Positions 38,867-53,031 of a stretch of DNA of 64,000 bases are shown here, piece by piece; the stretch's first letter is position 1, and each line of letters begins with the position of its first letter. The translations under genes and the position numbers were made by a program. The notes beneath the pieces were generated by a model. The model was not told the DNA's origin. It did no database searches and saw only the letters and a list, made by a program, of their open reading frames with translations. The stretch comes from Centroscyllium fabricii (Eukaryota): positions 434,001 through 498,000 of the forward strand of contig JBNRSN020000306.1 of the NCBI GenBank assembly GCA_051313645.2, in the 5' to 3' direction.

Positions 38867-40136
38867 TAGTGTGATACCACCCACTTTGGAACAAAGTAAG
38901 ATATTTCGGAGTATTTTCTAAATAATGGGAAGTTATTAACTGTTGAGGAGCAAAGAGATTTCTGAGTCCCGGTTCACAAATCATTATTAGCTGGTAGACA
39001 TGGAGCAAAATACATTCGAAAAATACGCGCATACGGGGCTTTTAGCTACAGTTGAATCTCGTGGTAGTAAAGGTCACATTTTTATCCTGGTTCGAAAATT
39101 GTTTGCTCGACAAGAGACACATTTTTCGGATAATGATCTGGTAATTTAATTGGCAGGATATTATGAGTGGTGACTCTGAGCGATCTCTTTTCGGGCCTCA
39201 ACAATTTACCGATTGTTTTACGACATATTGATGGGATTGAGAAGCTCCCATGATAGATTGAGGATAAAAAAATTAAAGGCGGCATTAGAAGCAGTTTAGA
39301 TGGGAGCAATACATTTGTTAAAATATTCATAGATTGATTGAAAGGGCAAATCCTTTGCAAATTGATTTAAATATTATCAAGTGTGACGTCATCCACTTCG
39401 GATCTGAAAAGGGGCGTCTAGTACACACTCGTTATAATGTTAAGATGGAAAAAGTTGTGATCCGTAGTCTAAATGGTCCATGTACAAATATCATTAAATG
39501 GTCATGGACAGAAAAGATTCAAAAGTCTATTTGAAATGTGATATGTTTCTCTGTGGAATTTCAATAGAAGAAGCAGAAATATGCCCCATCTATACAAAGC
39601 ACAGGAGAGACCACACCTGCGGTAATGTGTTCAGTTCTGGGCTTCACACCTGAGGAAGGTGGTCGTTGGCATAAAGGTGGAGCCTAGGTTTACCAGAATG
39701 ATACAGAGTGTCAACGTCCAATGGAAGATTGCATAATCTAGGGTTATATTACCTGGAATTTAGATGATTAAATGGGGAATTGATGGAAGTATTCACGATA
39801 TTATGTGGAACTGATCGTGTGGATAGCGAGAAGCGATGTTTGATGATTGACATGCCCGGGAGCCGGGAACATAGCCTCAAACATAGATACATGAATTGCA
39901 GGAGTGGAGTGAGTGTGACAGAAATTTCTAACACACTTCAGCAAACAACCCTTGAAGCTGGGTCAATTGTCAGTCTTGAGATTGAGAGATGTTTGTTAAA
40001 CAAATGCATCAATGGAGCGTTCCAGCACAGATTTAATTAAATGGCAGAGCGGCTAAAAAGCCTCATCCTGTTGTTATTTTCATCGTTAAATGATCAGAGC
40101 ACGGATGCAGAGACGACAATCTCCGTTTAAAAGCAG

Positions 40137-40209
40137 CGCCCGAACAGGGACTTGAACCCTGGACCCTCAGATTAAAAGTCTGATGCTCTACCGACTGAGC
40201 AACCCGGGC
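40137..40209 (-). tRNA. tRNA-Lys(TTT), A7G and A9T variant
   Basis: Two changes from consensus. Confidence 0.8.
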
Positions 40210-40634
40210 TCTTGCTAACCAAATCTCGCAATCGGACTGTCATTGGCTGCAGTGCATCATTGCCACTCCTGCAAATTCAATTTTCTTGCCCATAATCCAG
40301 CCTGTGCGGCGCATTTCTCCCACGAATCTAGATTGACGGCCTCAAACCGCCATCACTTCAGAAATATTCTCCCTTCCACAAATGACTTGCTCTTTAGCAG
40401 CAGCGTTAATTTTTACAAATGCCGTGCCCCTGATATCTGTGTTGGAACTTCCACATTTCTTCCTATGTATGTTTGACTTGAATGGATCAATAGAACGCTG
40501 GAGATCGTAGTTTGATATCGCACAAAGTTAGACGATCGATTCTTACTGGAAATTGCATATACAGGGAACCAAATGGACAGAGAGAGTAGAAGCAAGCCTA
40601 GAAAATCAAGGCAAATCGTGTTCACTGTGAGCTA

Positions 40635-41060
40635 ACATAGAAACATAGAAACATAGAAAATAGGTGCAGGAGTAGACCATTCGGTCCGTCGAGCCTGCAC
40701 CGCCATTCAACACGTTCATGGCTGAACACAAGAACACAACACAAGAACACAAGAACAGAAGAAACAAGAACACAGGAACACAAGAACACAAGAACCCCAG
40801 AAATACGAGCAAGAGTAGGCCAATCGGCCCCCCAGCCCGCCCCCTCACTCATCCAGATCATTGCTGATCCTACCCTAACCTTCGTACCACTATCACCCTT
40901 CTCCCACCCAAAGAACCGTGTGATCTCCTGGGAGAGGCTAAAAACCGGATAAAAACCCAGGTCCAATTTGGGAAAATAAATCCGGGAAATTCCTCTCCGA
41001 CCCCAATCCAGGCGATCGAAACTTGTCCAGGAGATCACTCAGGTCTTACTATACTAACCA
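40635..41060 (-). mobile_element. Third copy of the ~426-bp insert
   Basis: Same sequence and same unit position. Confidence 0.85.
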
Positions 41061-42338
41061 TAGTGTGATACCACCCACTTTGGAACAAACTAAGATATTT
41101 GGGAGTATTTTCTAAATAATGGGAAGTTATTAACTGTTGAGGAGCAAAGAGATTTCTGAGTCCCGTTTCAGAAATCATTATTAGCTGGTAGAAATGGAGG
41201 AAAATACATTCGAAAAATACGCGCATACGGGACATTTAGCTACAGTTGAATCTCGTGGTAGTAAAGGTCACATTTTTATCCTGGTTGAAAATTGTTTGCT
41301 CGACAAGAGACACATTTTTCGGATAATGATCTGGTAATTTAATTGGCAGGATATTATGAGTGTTGACTCTGAGCGATCTCTTTTCGGGCCTCAACAATTT
41401 ACCGATTTTTTTACGACTTATTGATGGGATTGAGAAGCTCCCATGATAGATTGAGGATAAAAAAATTAAAGGCGGCATTAGAAGCAGTTTACATGGGAGC
41501 AATAAATTTGTCAAAATATTCATAGATTGATTGAAAGGGCAAATCCTTTGCAAATTGTTTTAAATATTATCAAGTGTGACGTCATCCACTTCGGATCTGA
41601 AAAGGGGCGTCTAGTACACACTCGTTATAATGTTAAGATGGGAAAATTTGTGATCCGTAGTCTAAATGGTCCATGTACAAATATCATTGAATGGTCATGG
41701 ACAGAAAAGATTCAAAAGACTATTTGAAAGGTGATATGTTTCTCTGTGGAATTTCAATAGAAGAAGCAGTAATATGCCCCATCTACACAAAGCACAGGAG
41801 AGACCACACCTGCGGTACTGTGTTCAGTTCTGGGCTTCACACCTGAGGAAGGTGGTCGTTGGCATAAAGGTGGAGCCTAGGTTTACCACAATGATACAGA
41901 GTGTCAACGTCCAATGGAAGATTGCATAATCTAGGGTTATATTACCTGGAATTTAGAAGATTAAATGGGGAATTGATGGAAGTATTCACGATATTATGTG
42001 GAACTGATCGTGTCGATAGCGAGAAGCGATGTTTGATGATTGACCTGCCCGGGAGCCGGGAACATAGCCTCAAACATAGATACATGAATTGCAGGAGTGG
42101 AGTGAGTGTGACAGAAATTTCTAACACACTTCAGCAAACAACCCTTGAAGCTGGGTCAATTGTCAGTCTTGAGATTGAGAGATGTTTGTCAAACAAATGC
42201 ATCAGTGGAGCGTTCCAGCACATATTTAATTAAATGGCAGAGCGGCTCGAGGGGTTAAAAAGCCTCATCCTGTTGTTATTTTCATCGTTAAAGGATCAGA
42301 GTACGGATGCAGAGACGACAATCCCCGTTTAAAAGCAG

Positions 42339-42411
42339 CGCCCGAACAGGGACTTGAACCCTGGACCCTCAGATTAAAAGTCTGACGCTCTACCGACTGA
42401 GCTATCCGGGC
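42339..42411 (-). tRNA. tRNA-Lys(TTT), A26G variant
   Basis: One change; T4 terminator present. Confidence 0.9.
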
Positions 42412-44102
42412 TCTTGCTAACCAACGATCACAATCGTACTGTCATTGGCTGCAGTGCATCATTGCACCTCCTACAATTTCAATTTTCTTGCCCATAATCC
42501 AGCCTGTGCAGCGCATTTCATTCACGAATCTAGATTGACTGCCTCAAACCGCCATCACTTCAGAAATATTCTCCCTTCCACAAATGACTTGCTCTTTAGC
42601 AGCAGCGTCAGTTTTCACAAATGCCGTGCCCCAGATATCTGTGTTGGATCTTCAACTTTTCTTCCTATGTATGTTTGACTTGAATGGATCAGTAGAGCGC
42701 TGGAGATCGTAGTTTTATATCGCACAAAGTTAGACGATCGATTCTTACTGCAAATGGGAAATACAGGGAACCAAATGGACAGAGAGAGAAGAAGCAAGCC
42801 GAGAAAACCAAGGCAAATCGTGTTCACTGTGCGCTAATGTGATACCACCCACTTTAAGATATTTCGGAGTATTTTCTAAATAATGGGAAGTTATTAAGTG
42901 TTGAGGAGCAAAGAGATTTCTGAGTCCCGGTTCACAAATCATTATTAGCTGGTAGAAATGGAGGAAAATACATTCGAAAAATACGCGCATACGGGACATT
43001 TAGCTACAGTTGAATCTCGTGGTAGTAAAGGTCACATTTTTATCCTGGTTGAAAATTGTTTGCTCGACAAGAGACACATTTTTCGGATAATGATCTGGTA
43101 ATTTAATTGGCAGGATATTATGAGTGTTGACTCTGAGCGATCTCTTTTCGGGCCTCAACAATTTACCGATTTTTTTACGACTTATTGATGGGATTGAGAA
43201 GCTCCCATGATAGATTGAGGATAAAAAAATTAAAGGCGGCATTAGAAGCAGTTTACATGGGAGCAATAAATTTGTCAAAATATTCATAGATTGATTGAAA
43301 GGGCAAATCCTTTGCAAATTGTTTTAAATATTATCAAGTGTGACGTCATCCATTTCGGATCTGAAAAGGGGCGTCTAGTACACACTCGTTATAATGTTAA
43401 GATGGGAAAATTTGTGATCCGTAGTCTAAATGGTCCATGTACAAATATCATTGAATGGTCATGGACAGAAAAGATTCAAAAGACTATTTGAAAGGTGATA
43501 TGTTTCTCTGTGGAATTTCAAAAGAAGAAGCAGTAATATGGCCCATCTACACAAAGCACAGGAGAGACCACACCTGCGGTACTGTGTTCAGTTCTGGGCT
43601 TCACACCTGAGGAAGGTGGTCGTTGGCATAAAGGTGGAGCCTAGGTTTACCACAATGATACAGAGTGTCAACGTCCAATGGAAGATTGCATAATCTAGGG
43701 TTATATTACCTGGAATTTAGAAGATTAAATGGGGAATTGATGGAAGTATTCACGATATTATGTGGAACTGATCGTGTCGATAGCGAGAAGCGATGTTTGA
43801 TGATTGACCTGCCCGGGAGCCGGGAACATAGCCTCAAACATAGATACATGAATTGCAGGAGTGGAGTGAGTGTGACAGAAATTTCTAACACACTTCAGCA
43901 AACAACCCTTGAAGCTGGGTCAATTGTCAGTCTTGAGATTGAGAGATGTTTGTCAAACAAATGCATCAATGGAGCGTTCCAGCACAGATTTAATTAAATG
44001 GCAGAGCGGCTCGAGGGGTTAAAAAGCCTCATCCTGTTGATATTTTCATTGTTAAAGGATCAGAGCACGGATGCAGAGACGACAATCCCCGTTTGAAAGC
44101 AG

Positions 44103-44175
44103 CGCCCGAACAGGGACTTGAACCCTGGACCCTCAGATTAAAAGTCTGATGCTCTACCGACTGAGCTATCCGGGC
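44103..44175 (-). tRNA. tRNA-Lys(TTT), consensus
   Basis: GCCCGGATAGCTCAGTCGGTAGAGCATCAGACTTTTAATCTGAGGGTCCAGGGTTCAAGTCCCTGTTCGGGCG; full cloverleaf, A and B boxes; trailer TTTC. Confidence 0.96.
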
Positions 44176-45878
44176 TCTTGCTAACCAAAGATCACAATCG
44201 TACTGTCATTGGCTGCAGTGCATCATTGCACCTCCTACAAATTCAATTTTCTTGCCCATAATCCAGCCTGTGCAGCGCATTTCATTCACGAATCTAGATT
44301 GACTGCCTCAAACCGCCATCACTTCAGAAATATTCTCCCTTCCACAAATGACTTGCTCTTTAGCAGCAGCGTCAGTTTTCACAAATGCCGTGCCCCAGAT
44401 ATCTGTGTTGGATCTTCAACTTTTCTTCCTATGTATGTTTGACTTGAATGGATCAGTAGAGCGCTGGAGATCGTAGTTTTATATCGCACAAAGTTAGACG
44501 ATCGATTCTTACTGCAAATGGGAAATACAGGGAACCAAATGGACAGAGAGAGAAGAAGCAAGCCGAGAAAACCAAGGCAAATCGTGTTCACTGTGCGCTA
44601 GTGTGATACCACCCACTTTGGAACAAAGTAAGATATTTCGGAGTATTTTCTAAATAATGGGAAGTTATTAACTGTTGAGGAGCAAAGAGATTTCTGAGTC
44701 CCGGTTCACAAATCATTATTAGCTGGTAGAAATGGAGGAAAATACATTCGAAAAATACGCGCATACGGGACGTTTAGCTACAGTTGAATCTCATGGTAGG
44801 TAAAGGTCACATTTTTATCCTGGTTCGAAAATTGTTTGCTCGACAAGAGACACATTTTTCGGATAATGATCTGGTAATTTAATTGGCAGGATATTATGAG
44901 TGTTGACTCTGAGCGATCTCTTTTCGGGCCTCAACAATTTACCGATTTTTTTACGACTTATTCATGGGATTGAGAAGCTCCCATGATAGATTGAGGATAA
45001 AAAAATTAAAGGCGGCATTAGAAGCAGTTTAGATGGGAGCAATACATTTGTCAAAATATTCATAGATTGATTGAAAGGGCAAATCCTTTGCAAATTGATT
45101 TAAATATTATCAAGTGTGACGTCATCCACTTCGGATCTGAAAAGGGGCGTCTAGTACACACTCGTTATAATGTTAAGATGGAAAAAGTTGTGATCCGTAG
45201 TCTAAATGGTCCATGTACAAATATCATTAAATGGTCATGGACAGAAAAGATTCAAAAGACTATTTGAAAGGTGATATGTTTCTCTGTGGAATTTCAATAG
45301 AAGAAGCAGTAATATGCCCCATCTACACAAAGCACATGAGAGACCACACCTGCGGTACTGTGTTCAGTTCTGGGCTTCACAACTGAGGAAGGTGGTCGTT
45401 GGCATAAAGGTGGAGCCTATGTTTACCACAATGATACAGAGTGTCAACGTCCAATGGAAGATTGCATAATCTAGGGTTATATTACCTGGAATTTAGAAGA
45501 TTAAATGGGGAATTGATGGAAGTATTCACGATATTATTTGGAACTGATCGTGTCGATAGCGAGAAGCGATGTTTGATGATTGACCTGCCCGGGAGCCGGG
45601 AACATAGCCTCAAACATAGATACATGAATTGCAGGAGTGGAGTGAGTGTGACAGAAATTTCTAACACACTTCAGCAAACAACCCTTGAAGCTGGGTCAAT
45701 TGTCAGTCTTGAGATTGAGAGATGTTTGTCAAACAAATGCATCAATGGAGCGTTCCAGCACAGATTTAATTAAATGGCAGAGCGGCTCGAGGGGTTAAAA
45801 AGCCTCATCCTGTTGATATTTTCATTGTTAAAGGATCAGAGCACGGATGCAGAGACGACAATCCCCGTTTGAAAGCAG

Positions 45879-45951
45879 CGCCCGAACAGGGACTTGAACC
45901 CTGGACCCTCAGATTAAAAGTCTGATGCTCTACCGACTGAGCTATCCGGGC
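45879..45951 (-). tRNA. tRNA-Lys(TTT), consensus
   Basis: Identical 73-mer; trailer TTTC. Confidence 0.96.
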
Positions 45952-47654
45952 TCTTGCTAACCAAAGATCACAATCGTACTGTCATTGGCTGCAGTGCATC
46001 ATTGCACCTCCTACAAATTCAATTTTCTTGCCCATAATCCAGCCTGTGCAGCGCATTTCATTCACGAATCTAGATTGACTGCCTCAAACCGCCATCACTT
46101 CAGAAATATTCTCCCTTCCACAAATGACTTGCTCTTTAGCAGCAGCGTCAGTTTTCACAAATGCCGTGCCCCAGATATCTGTGTTGGATCTTCAACTTTT
46201 CTTCCTATGTATGTTTGACTTGAATGGATCAGTAGAGCGCTGGAGATCGTAGTTTTATATCGCACAAAGTTAGACGATCGATTCTTACTGCAAATGGGAA
46301 ATACAGGGAACCAAATGGACAGAGAGTGAAGAAGCAAGCCGAGAAAACCAAGGCAAATCGTGTTCACTGTGCGCTAGTGTGATACCACCCACTTTGGAAC
46401 AAAGTAAGATATTTCGGAGTATTTTCTAAATAATGGGAAGTTATTAACTGTTGAGGAGCAAAGAGATTTCTGAGTCCCGGTTCACAAATCATTATTAGCT
46501 GGTAGAAATGGAGGAAAATACATTCGAAAAATACGCGCATACGGGACGTTTAGCTACAGTTGAATCTCATGGTAGGTAAAGGTCACATTTTTATCCTGGT
46601 TCGAAAATTGTTTGCTCGACAAGAGACACATTTTTTGGATAATGATCTGGTAATTTAATTGGCAGGATATTATGAGTGTTGACTCTGAGCGATCTCTTTT
46701 CGGGCCTCAACAATTTACCGATTTTTTTACGACTTATTCATGGGATTGAGAAGCTCCCATGATAGATTGAGGATAAAAAAATTAAAGGCGGCATTAGAAG
46801 CAGTTTAGATGGGAGCAATAAATTTGTCAAAATATTCATAGATTGATTGAAAGGGCAAATCCTTTGCAAATTGATTTAAATATTATCAAGTGTGACGTCA
46901 TCCACTTCGGATCTGAAAAGGGGCGTCTAGTACACACTCGTTATAATGTTAAGATGGAAAAAGTTGTGATCCGTAGTCTAAATGGTCCATGTACAAATAT
47001 CATTAAATGGTCATGGACAGAAAAGATTCAAAAGACTATTTGAAAGGTGATATGTTTCTCTGTGGAATTTCAATAGAAGAAGCAGTAATATGCCCCATCT
47101 ACACAAAGCACATGAGAGACCACACCTGCGGTACTGTGTTCAGTTCTGGGCTTCACAACTGAGGAAGGTGGTCGTTGGCATAAAGGTGGAGCCTATGTTT
47201 ACCACAATGATACAGAGTGTCAACGTCCAATGGAAGATTGCATAATCTAGGGTTATATTACCTGGAATTTAGAAGATTAAATGGGGAATTGATGGAAGTA
47301 TTCACGATATTATTTGGAACTGATCGTGTCGATAGCGAGAAGCGATGTTTGATGATTGACCTGCCCGGGAGCCGGGAACATAGCCTCAAACACAGATACA
47401 TGAATTGCAGGAGTGGAGTGAGTGTGACAGAAATTTCTATCACACTTCAGCAAACAACCCTTGAAGCTGGGTCAATTGTCAGTCTTGAGATTGAGAGATG
47501 TTTGTCAAACAAATGCATCAATGGAGCGTTCCAGCACAGATTTAATTAAATGGCAGAGCGGCTCGAGGGGTTAAAAAGCCTCATCCTGTTGTTACTTTCA
47601 ACGTTAAATGATCAGAGCACGGATGCAGAGACGACAATCCCCGTTTAAAAGCAG

Positions 47655-47727
47655 CGCCCGAACAGGGACTTGAACCCTGGACCCTCAGATTAAAAGTCTG
47701 ATGCTCTACCGACTGAGCTATCCGGGC
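47655..47727 (-). tRNA. tRNA-Lys(TTT), consensus
   Basis: Identical 73-mer; T4 terminator. Confidence 0.97.
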
Positions 47728-49422
47728 TCTTGCAAACCAAAGCTCACAATCGTACTGTCATTGGCTGCAGTGCATCATTGCACCTCCTACAAATTCAATT
47801 TTCTTGCCCATAATCCAGCCTGTGCAGCGCAATTCATTCACGAATCTAGATTGACTGCCTCAAACCGCCATCACTTCAGAAATATTCTCCCTTCCACAAA
47901 TGACTTGCTCTTTAGCAGCAGCGTCAGTTTTCACAAATGCCGTGCCCCAGATATCTGTGTTGGATCTTCAACTTTTCTTCCTATGTATGTTTGACTTGAA
48001 TGGATCAGTAGAGCGCTGGAGATCGTAGTTTTATATCGCACAAAGTTAGACGATCGATTCTTACTGCAAATGGGAAATACAGGGAACCAAATGGACAGAG
48101 AGAGAAGAAGCAAGCCGAGAAAACCAAGGCAAATCGTGTTCACTGTGAGCTAGTGTGATACCACCCACTTTGGAACAAAGTAAGATATTTCGGAGTATTT
48201 TCTAAATAATGGGATGTTATTAACTGTTGAGGAGCAAAGAGATTTCTGAGTCCCGGTTCACAAATCATTATTAGCTGGTAGAAATGGAGGAAAATACATT
48301 CGAAAAATACGCGCATACGGGACGTTTAGCTACAGTTGAATCTCATGGTAGTAAAGGTCACATTTTTATCCTGGTTCGAAAATTGTTTGCTCGACAAGAG
48401 ACACATTTTTCGGATAATGATCTGGTAATTTAATTGGCAGGATATTATGAGTGTTGACTCTGAGCGATCTCTTTTCGGGCCTCAACAATTTACCGATTTT
48501 TTTACGACTTATTGATGGGATTGAGAAGCTCCCATGATAGATTGAGGATAAAAAAATTAAAGACGGCATTAGAAGCAGTTTAGATGGGAGCAATAAATTT
48601 GTCAACATATTCATAGATTGATTGAAAGGGCAAATCCTTTGCAAATTGATTTAAATATTATCAAGTGTGACGTCATCCACTTCGGATCTGAAAAGGGGCG
48701 TCTAGTACACACTCGTTATAATGTTAAGATGGAAAAAGTTGTGATCCGTAGTCTAAATGGTCCATGTACAAATATCATTAAATGGTCATGGACAGAAAAG
48801 ATTCAAAAGACTATTTGAAAGGTGATATGTTTCTCTGTGGAATTTCAATAGAAGAAGCAGTAATATGCCCCATCTACACAAAGCACATGAGAGACCACAC
48901 CTGCGGTACTGTGTTCAGTTCTGGGCTTCACAACTGAGGAAGGTGGTCGTTGGCATAAAGGTGGAGCCTATGTTTACCACAATGATACAGAGTGTCAACG
49001 TCCAATGGAAGATTGCATAATCTAGGGTTATACTACCTGGAATTTAGAAGATTAAATGGGGAATTGATGGAAGTATTCACGATATTATGTGGAACTGATC
49101 GTGTCGATAGCGAGAAGCGATGTTTGATCTGCCCGGGAGCCGGGAACATAGCCTCAAACATAGATACATGAATTGCAGGAGTGGAGTGAGTGTGACAGAA
49201 ATTTCTAACACACTTCAGCAAACAACCCTTGAAGCTGGGTCAATTGTCAGTCTTGAGATTGAGAGATGTTTGTCAAACAAATGCATCAATGGAGCGTTCC
49301 AGCACAGATTTAATTAAATGGCAGAGCGGCTCGAGGGGTTAAAAAGCCTCATCCTGTTGTTATTTTCATCGTTAAAGGATCAGAGCACGGACGCAGAGAC
49401 GACAATCCCCGTTTAAAAGCAG

Positions 49423-49495
49423 CGCCCGAACAGGGACTTGAACCCTGGACCCTCAGATTAAAAGTCTGATGCTCTACCGACTGAGCTATCCGGGC
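49423..49495 (-). tRNA. tRNA-Lys(TTT), consensus
   Basis: Identical 73-mer; T4 terminator. Confidence 0.97.
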
Positions 49496-51190
49496 TCTTG
49501 CAAACCAAAGCTCACAATCGTACTGTCATTGGCTGCAGTGCATCATTGCACCTCCTACAAATTCAATTTTCTTGCCCATAATCCAGCCTGTGCAGCGCAT
49601 TTCATTCACGAATCTAGATTGACTGCCTCAAACCGCCATCACTTCAGAAATATTCTCCCTTCCACAAATGACTTGCTCTTTAGCAGCAGCGTCAGTTTTC
49701 ACAAATGCCGTGCCCCAGATATCTGTGTTGGATCTTCAACTTTTCTTCCTATGTATGTTTGACTTGAATGGATCAGTAGAGCGCTGGAGATCGTAGTTTT
49801 ATATCGCACAAAGTTAGACGATCGATTCTTACTGCAAATGGGAAATACAGGGAACCAAATGGACAGAGAGAGAAGAAGCAAGCCGAGAAAACCAAGGCAA
49901 ATCGTGTTCACTGTGAGCTAGTGTGATACCACCCACTTTGGAACAAAGTAAGATATTTCGGAGTATTTTCTAAATAATGGGATGTTATTAACTGTTGAGG
50001 AGCAAAGAGAATTCTGAGTCCCGGTTCACAAATCATTATTAGCTGGTAGAAATGGAGGAAAATACATTCGAAAAATACGCGCATACGGGACGTTTAGCTA
50101 CAGTTGAATCTCATGGTAGTAAAGGTCACATTTTTATCCTGGTTCGAAAATTGTTTGCTCGACAAGAGACACATTTTTCGGATAATGATCTGGTAATTTA
50201 ATTGGCAGGATATTATGAGTGTTGACTCTGAGCGATCTCTTTTCGGGCCTCAACAATTTACCGATTTTTTTACGACTTATTGATGGGATTGAGAAGCTCC
50301 CATGATAGATTGAGGATAAAAAAATTAAAGGCGGCATTAGAAGCAGTTTAGATGGGAGCAATAAATTTGTCAAAATATTCATAGATTGATTGAAAGGGCA
50401 AATCCTTTGCAAATTGATTTAAATATTATCAAGTGTGACGTCATCCACTTCGGATCTGAAAAGGGGCGTCTAGTACACACTCGTTATAATGTTAAGATGG
50501 AAAAAGTTGTGATCCGTAGTCTAAATGGTCCATGTACAAATATCATTAAATGTTCATGGACAGAAAAGATTCAAAAGACTATTTGAAAGGTGATATGTTT
50601 CTCTGTGGAATTTCAATAGAAGAAGCAGTAATATGCCCCATCTACACAAAGCACATGAGAGACCACACCTGCGGTACTGTGTTCAGTTCTGGGCTTCACA
50701 ACTGAGGAAGGTGGTCGTTGGCATAAAGGTGGAGCCTATGTTTACCACAATGATACAGAGTGTCAACGTCCAATGGAAGATTGCATAATCTAGGGTTATA
50801 CTACCTGGAATTTAGAAGATTAAATGGGGAATTGATGGAAGTATTCACGATATTATGTGGAACTGATCGTGTCGATAGCGAGAAGCGATGTTTGATCTGC
50901 CCGGGAGCCGGGAACATAGCCTCAAACATAGATACATGAATTGCAGGAGTGGAGTGAGTGTGACAGAAATTTCTAACACACTTCAGCAAACAACCCTTGA
51001 AGCTGGGTCAATTGTCAGTCTTGAGATTGAGAGATGTTTGTCAAACAAATGCATCAATGGAGCGTTCCAGCACAGATTTAATTAAATGGCAGAGCGGCTC
51101 GAGGGGTTAAAAAGCCTCATCCTGTTGTTATTTTCATCGTTAAAGGATCAGAGCACGGATGCAGAGACGACAATCCCCGTTTAAAAGCAG

Positions 51191-51263
51191 CGCCCGAACA
51201 GGGACTTGAACCCTGGACCCTCAGATTAAAAGTCTGATGCTCTACCGACTGAGCTATCCGGGC
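51191..51263 (-). tRNA. tRNA-Lys(TTT), consensus
   Basis: Identical 73-mer; T4 terminator. Confidence 0.97.
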
Positions 51264-52958
51264 TCTTGCAAACCAAAGCTCACAATCGTACTGTCATTGG
51301 CTGCAGTGCATCATTGCACCTCCTACAAATTCAATTTTCTTGCCCATAATCCAGCCTGTGCAGCGCATTTCATTCACGAATCTAGATTGACTGCCTCAAA
51401 CCGCCATCACTTCAGAAATATTCTCCCTTCCACAAATGACTTGCTCTTTAGCAGCAGCGTCAGTTTTCACAAATGCCGTGCCCCAGATATCTGTGTTGGA
51501 TCTTCAACTTTTCTTCCTATGTATGTTTGACTTGAATGGATCAGTAGAGCGCTGGAGATCGTAGTTTTATATCGCACAAAGTTAGACGATCGATTCTTAC
51601 TGCAAATGGGAAATACAGGGAACCAAATGGACAGAGAGAGAAGAAGCAAGCCGAGAAAACCAAGGCAAATCGTGTTCACTGTGAGCTAGTGTGATACCAC
51701 CCACTTTGGAACAAAGTAAGATATTTCGGAGTATTTTCTAAATAATGGGATGTTATTAACTGTTGAGGAGCAAAGAGAATTCTGAGTCCCGGTTCACAAA
51801 TCATTATTAGCTGGTAGAAATGGAGGAAAATACATTCGAAAAATACGCGCATACGGGACGTTTAGCTACAGTTGAATCTCATGGTAGTAAAGGTCACATT
51901 TTTATCCTGGTTCGAAAATTGTTTGCTCGACAAGAGACACATTTTTCGGATAATGATCTGGTAATTTAATTGGCAGGATATTATGAGTGTTGACTCTGAG
52001 CGATCTCTTTTCGGGCCTCAACAATTTACCGATTTTTTTACGACTTATTGATGGGATTGAGAAGCTCCCATGATAGATTGAGGATAAAAAAATTAAAGGC
52101 GGCATTAGAAGCAGTTTAGATGGGAGCAATAAAGTTGTCAAAATATTCATAGATTGATTGAAAGGGCAAATCCTTTGCAAATTGATTTAAATATTATCAA
52201 GTGTGACGTCATCCACTTCGGATCTGAAAAGGGGCGTCTAGTACACACTCGTTATAATGTTAAGATGGAAAAAGTTGTGATCCGTAGTCTAAATGGTCCA
52301 TGTACAAATATCATTAAATGTTCATGGACAGAAAAGATTCAAAAGACTATTTGAAAGGTGATATGTTTCTCTGTGGAATTTCAATAGAAGAAGCAGTAAT
52401 ATGCCCCATCTACACAAAGCACATGAGAGACCACACCTGCGGTACTGTGTTCAGTTCTGGGCTTCACAACTGAGGAAGGTGGTCGTTGGCATAAAGGTGG
52501 AGCCTATGTTTACCACAATGATACAGAGTGTCAACGTCCAATGGAAGATTGCATAATCTAGGGTTATACTACCTGGAATTTAGAAGATTAAATGGGGAAT
52601 TGATGGAAGTATTCACGATATTATGTGGAACTGATCGTGTCGATAGCGAGAAGCGATGTTTGATCTGCCCGGGAGCCGGGAACATAGCCTCAAACATAGA
52701 TACATGAATTGCAGGAGTGGAGTGAGTGTGACAGAAATTTCTAACACACTTCAGCAAACAACCCTTGAAGCTGGGTCAATTGTCAGTCTTGAGATTGAGA
52801 GATGTTTGTCAAACAAATGCATCAATGGAGCGTTCCAGCACAGATTTAATTAAATGGCAGAGCGGCTCGAGGGGTTAAAAAGCCTCATCCTGTTGTTATT
52901 TTCATCGTTAAAGGATCAGAGCACGGATGCAGAGACGACAATCCCCGTTTAAAAGCAG

Positions 52959-53031
52959 CGCCCGAACAGGGACTTGAACCCTGGACCCTCAGATTAAAAG
53001 TCTGATGCTCTACCGACTGAGCTATCCGGGC
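52959..53031 (-). tRNA. tRNA-Lys(TTT), consensus
   Basis: Identical 73-mer; T4 terminator. Confidence 0.97.
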
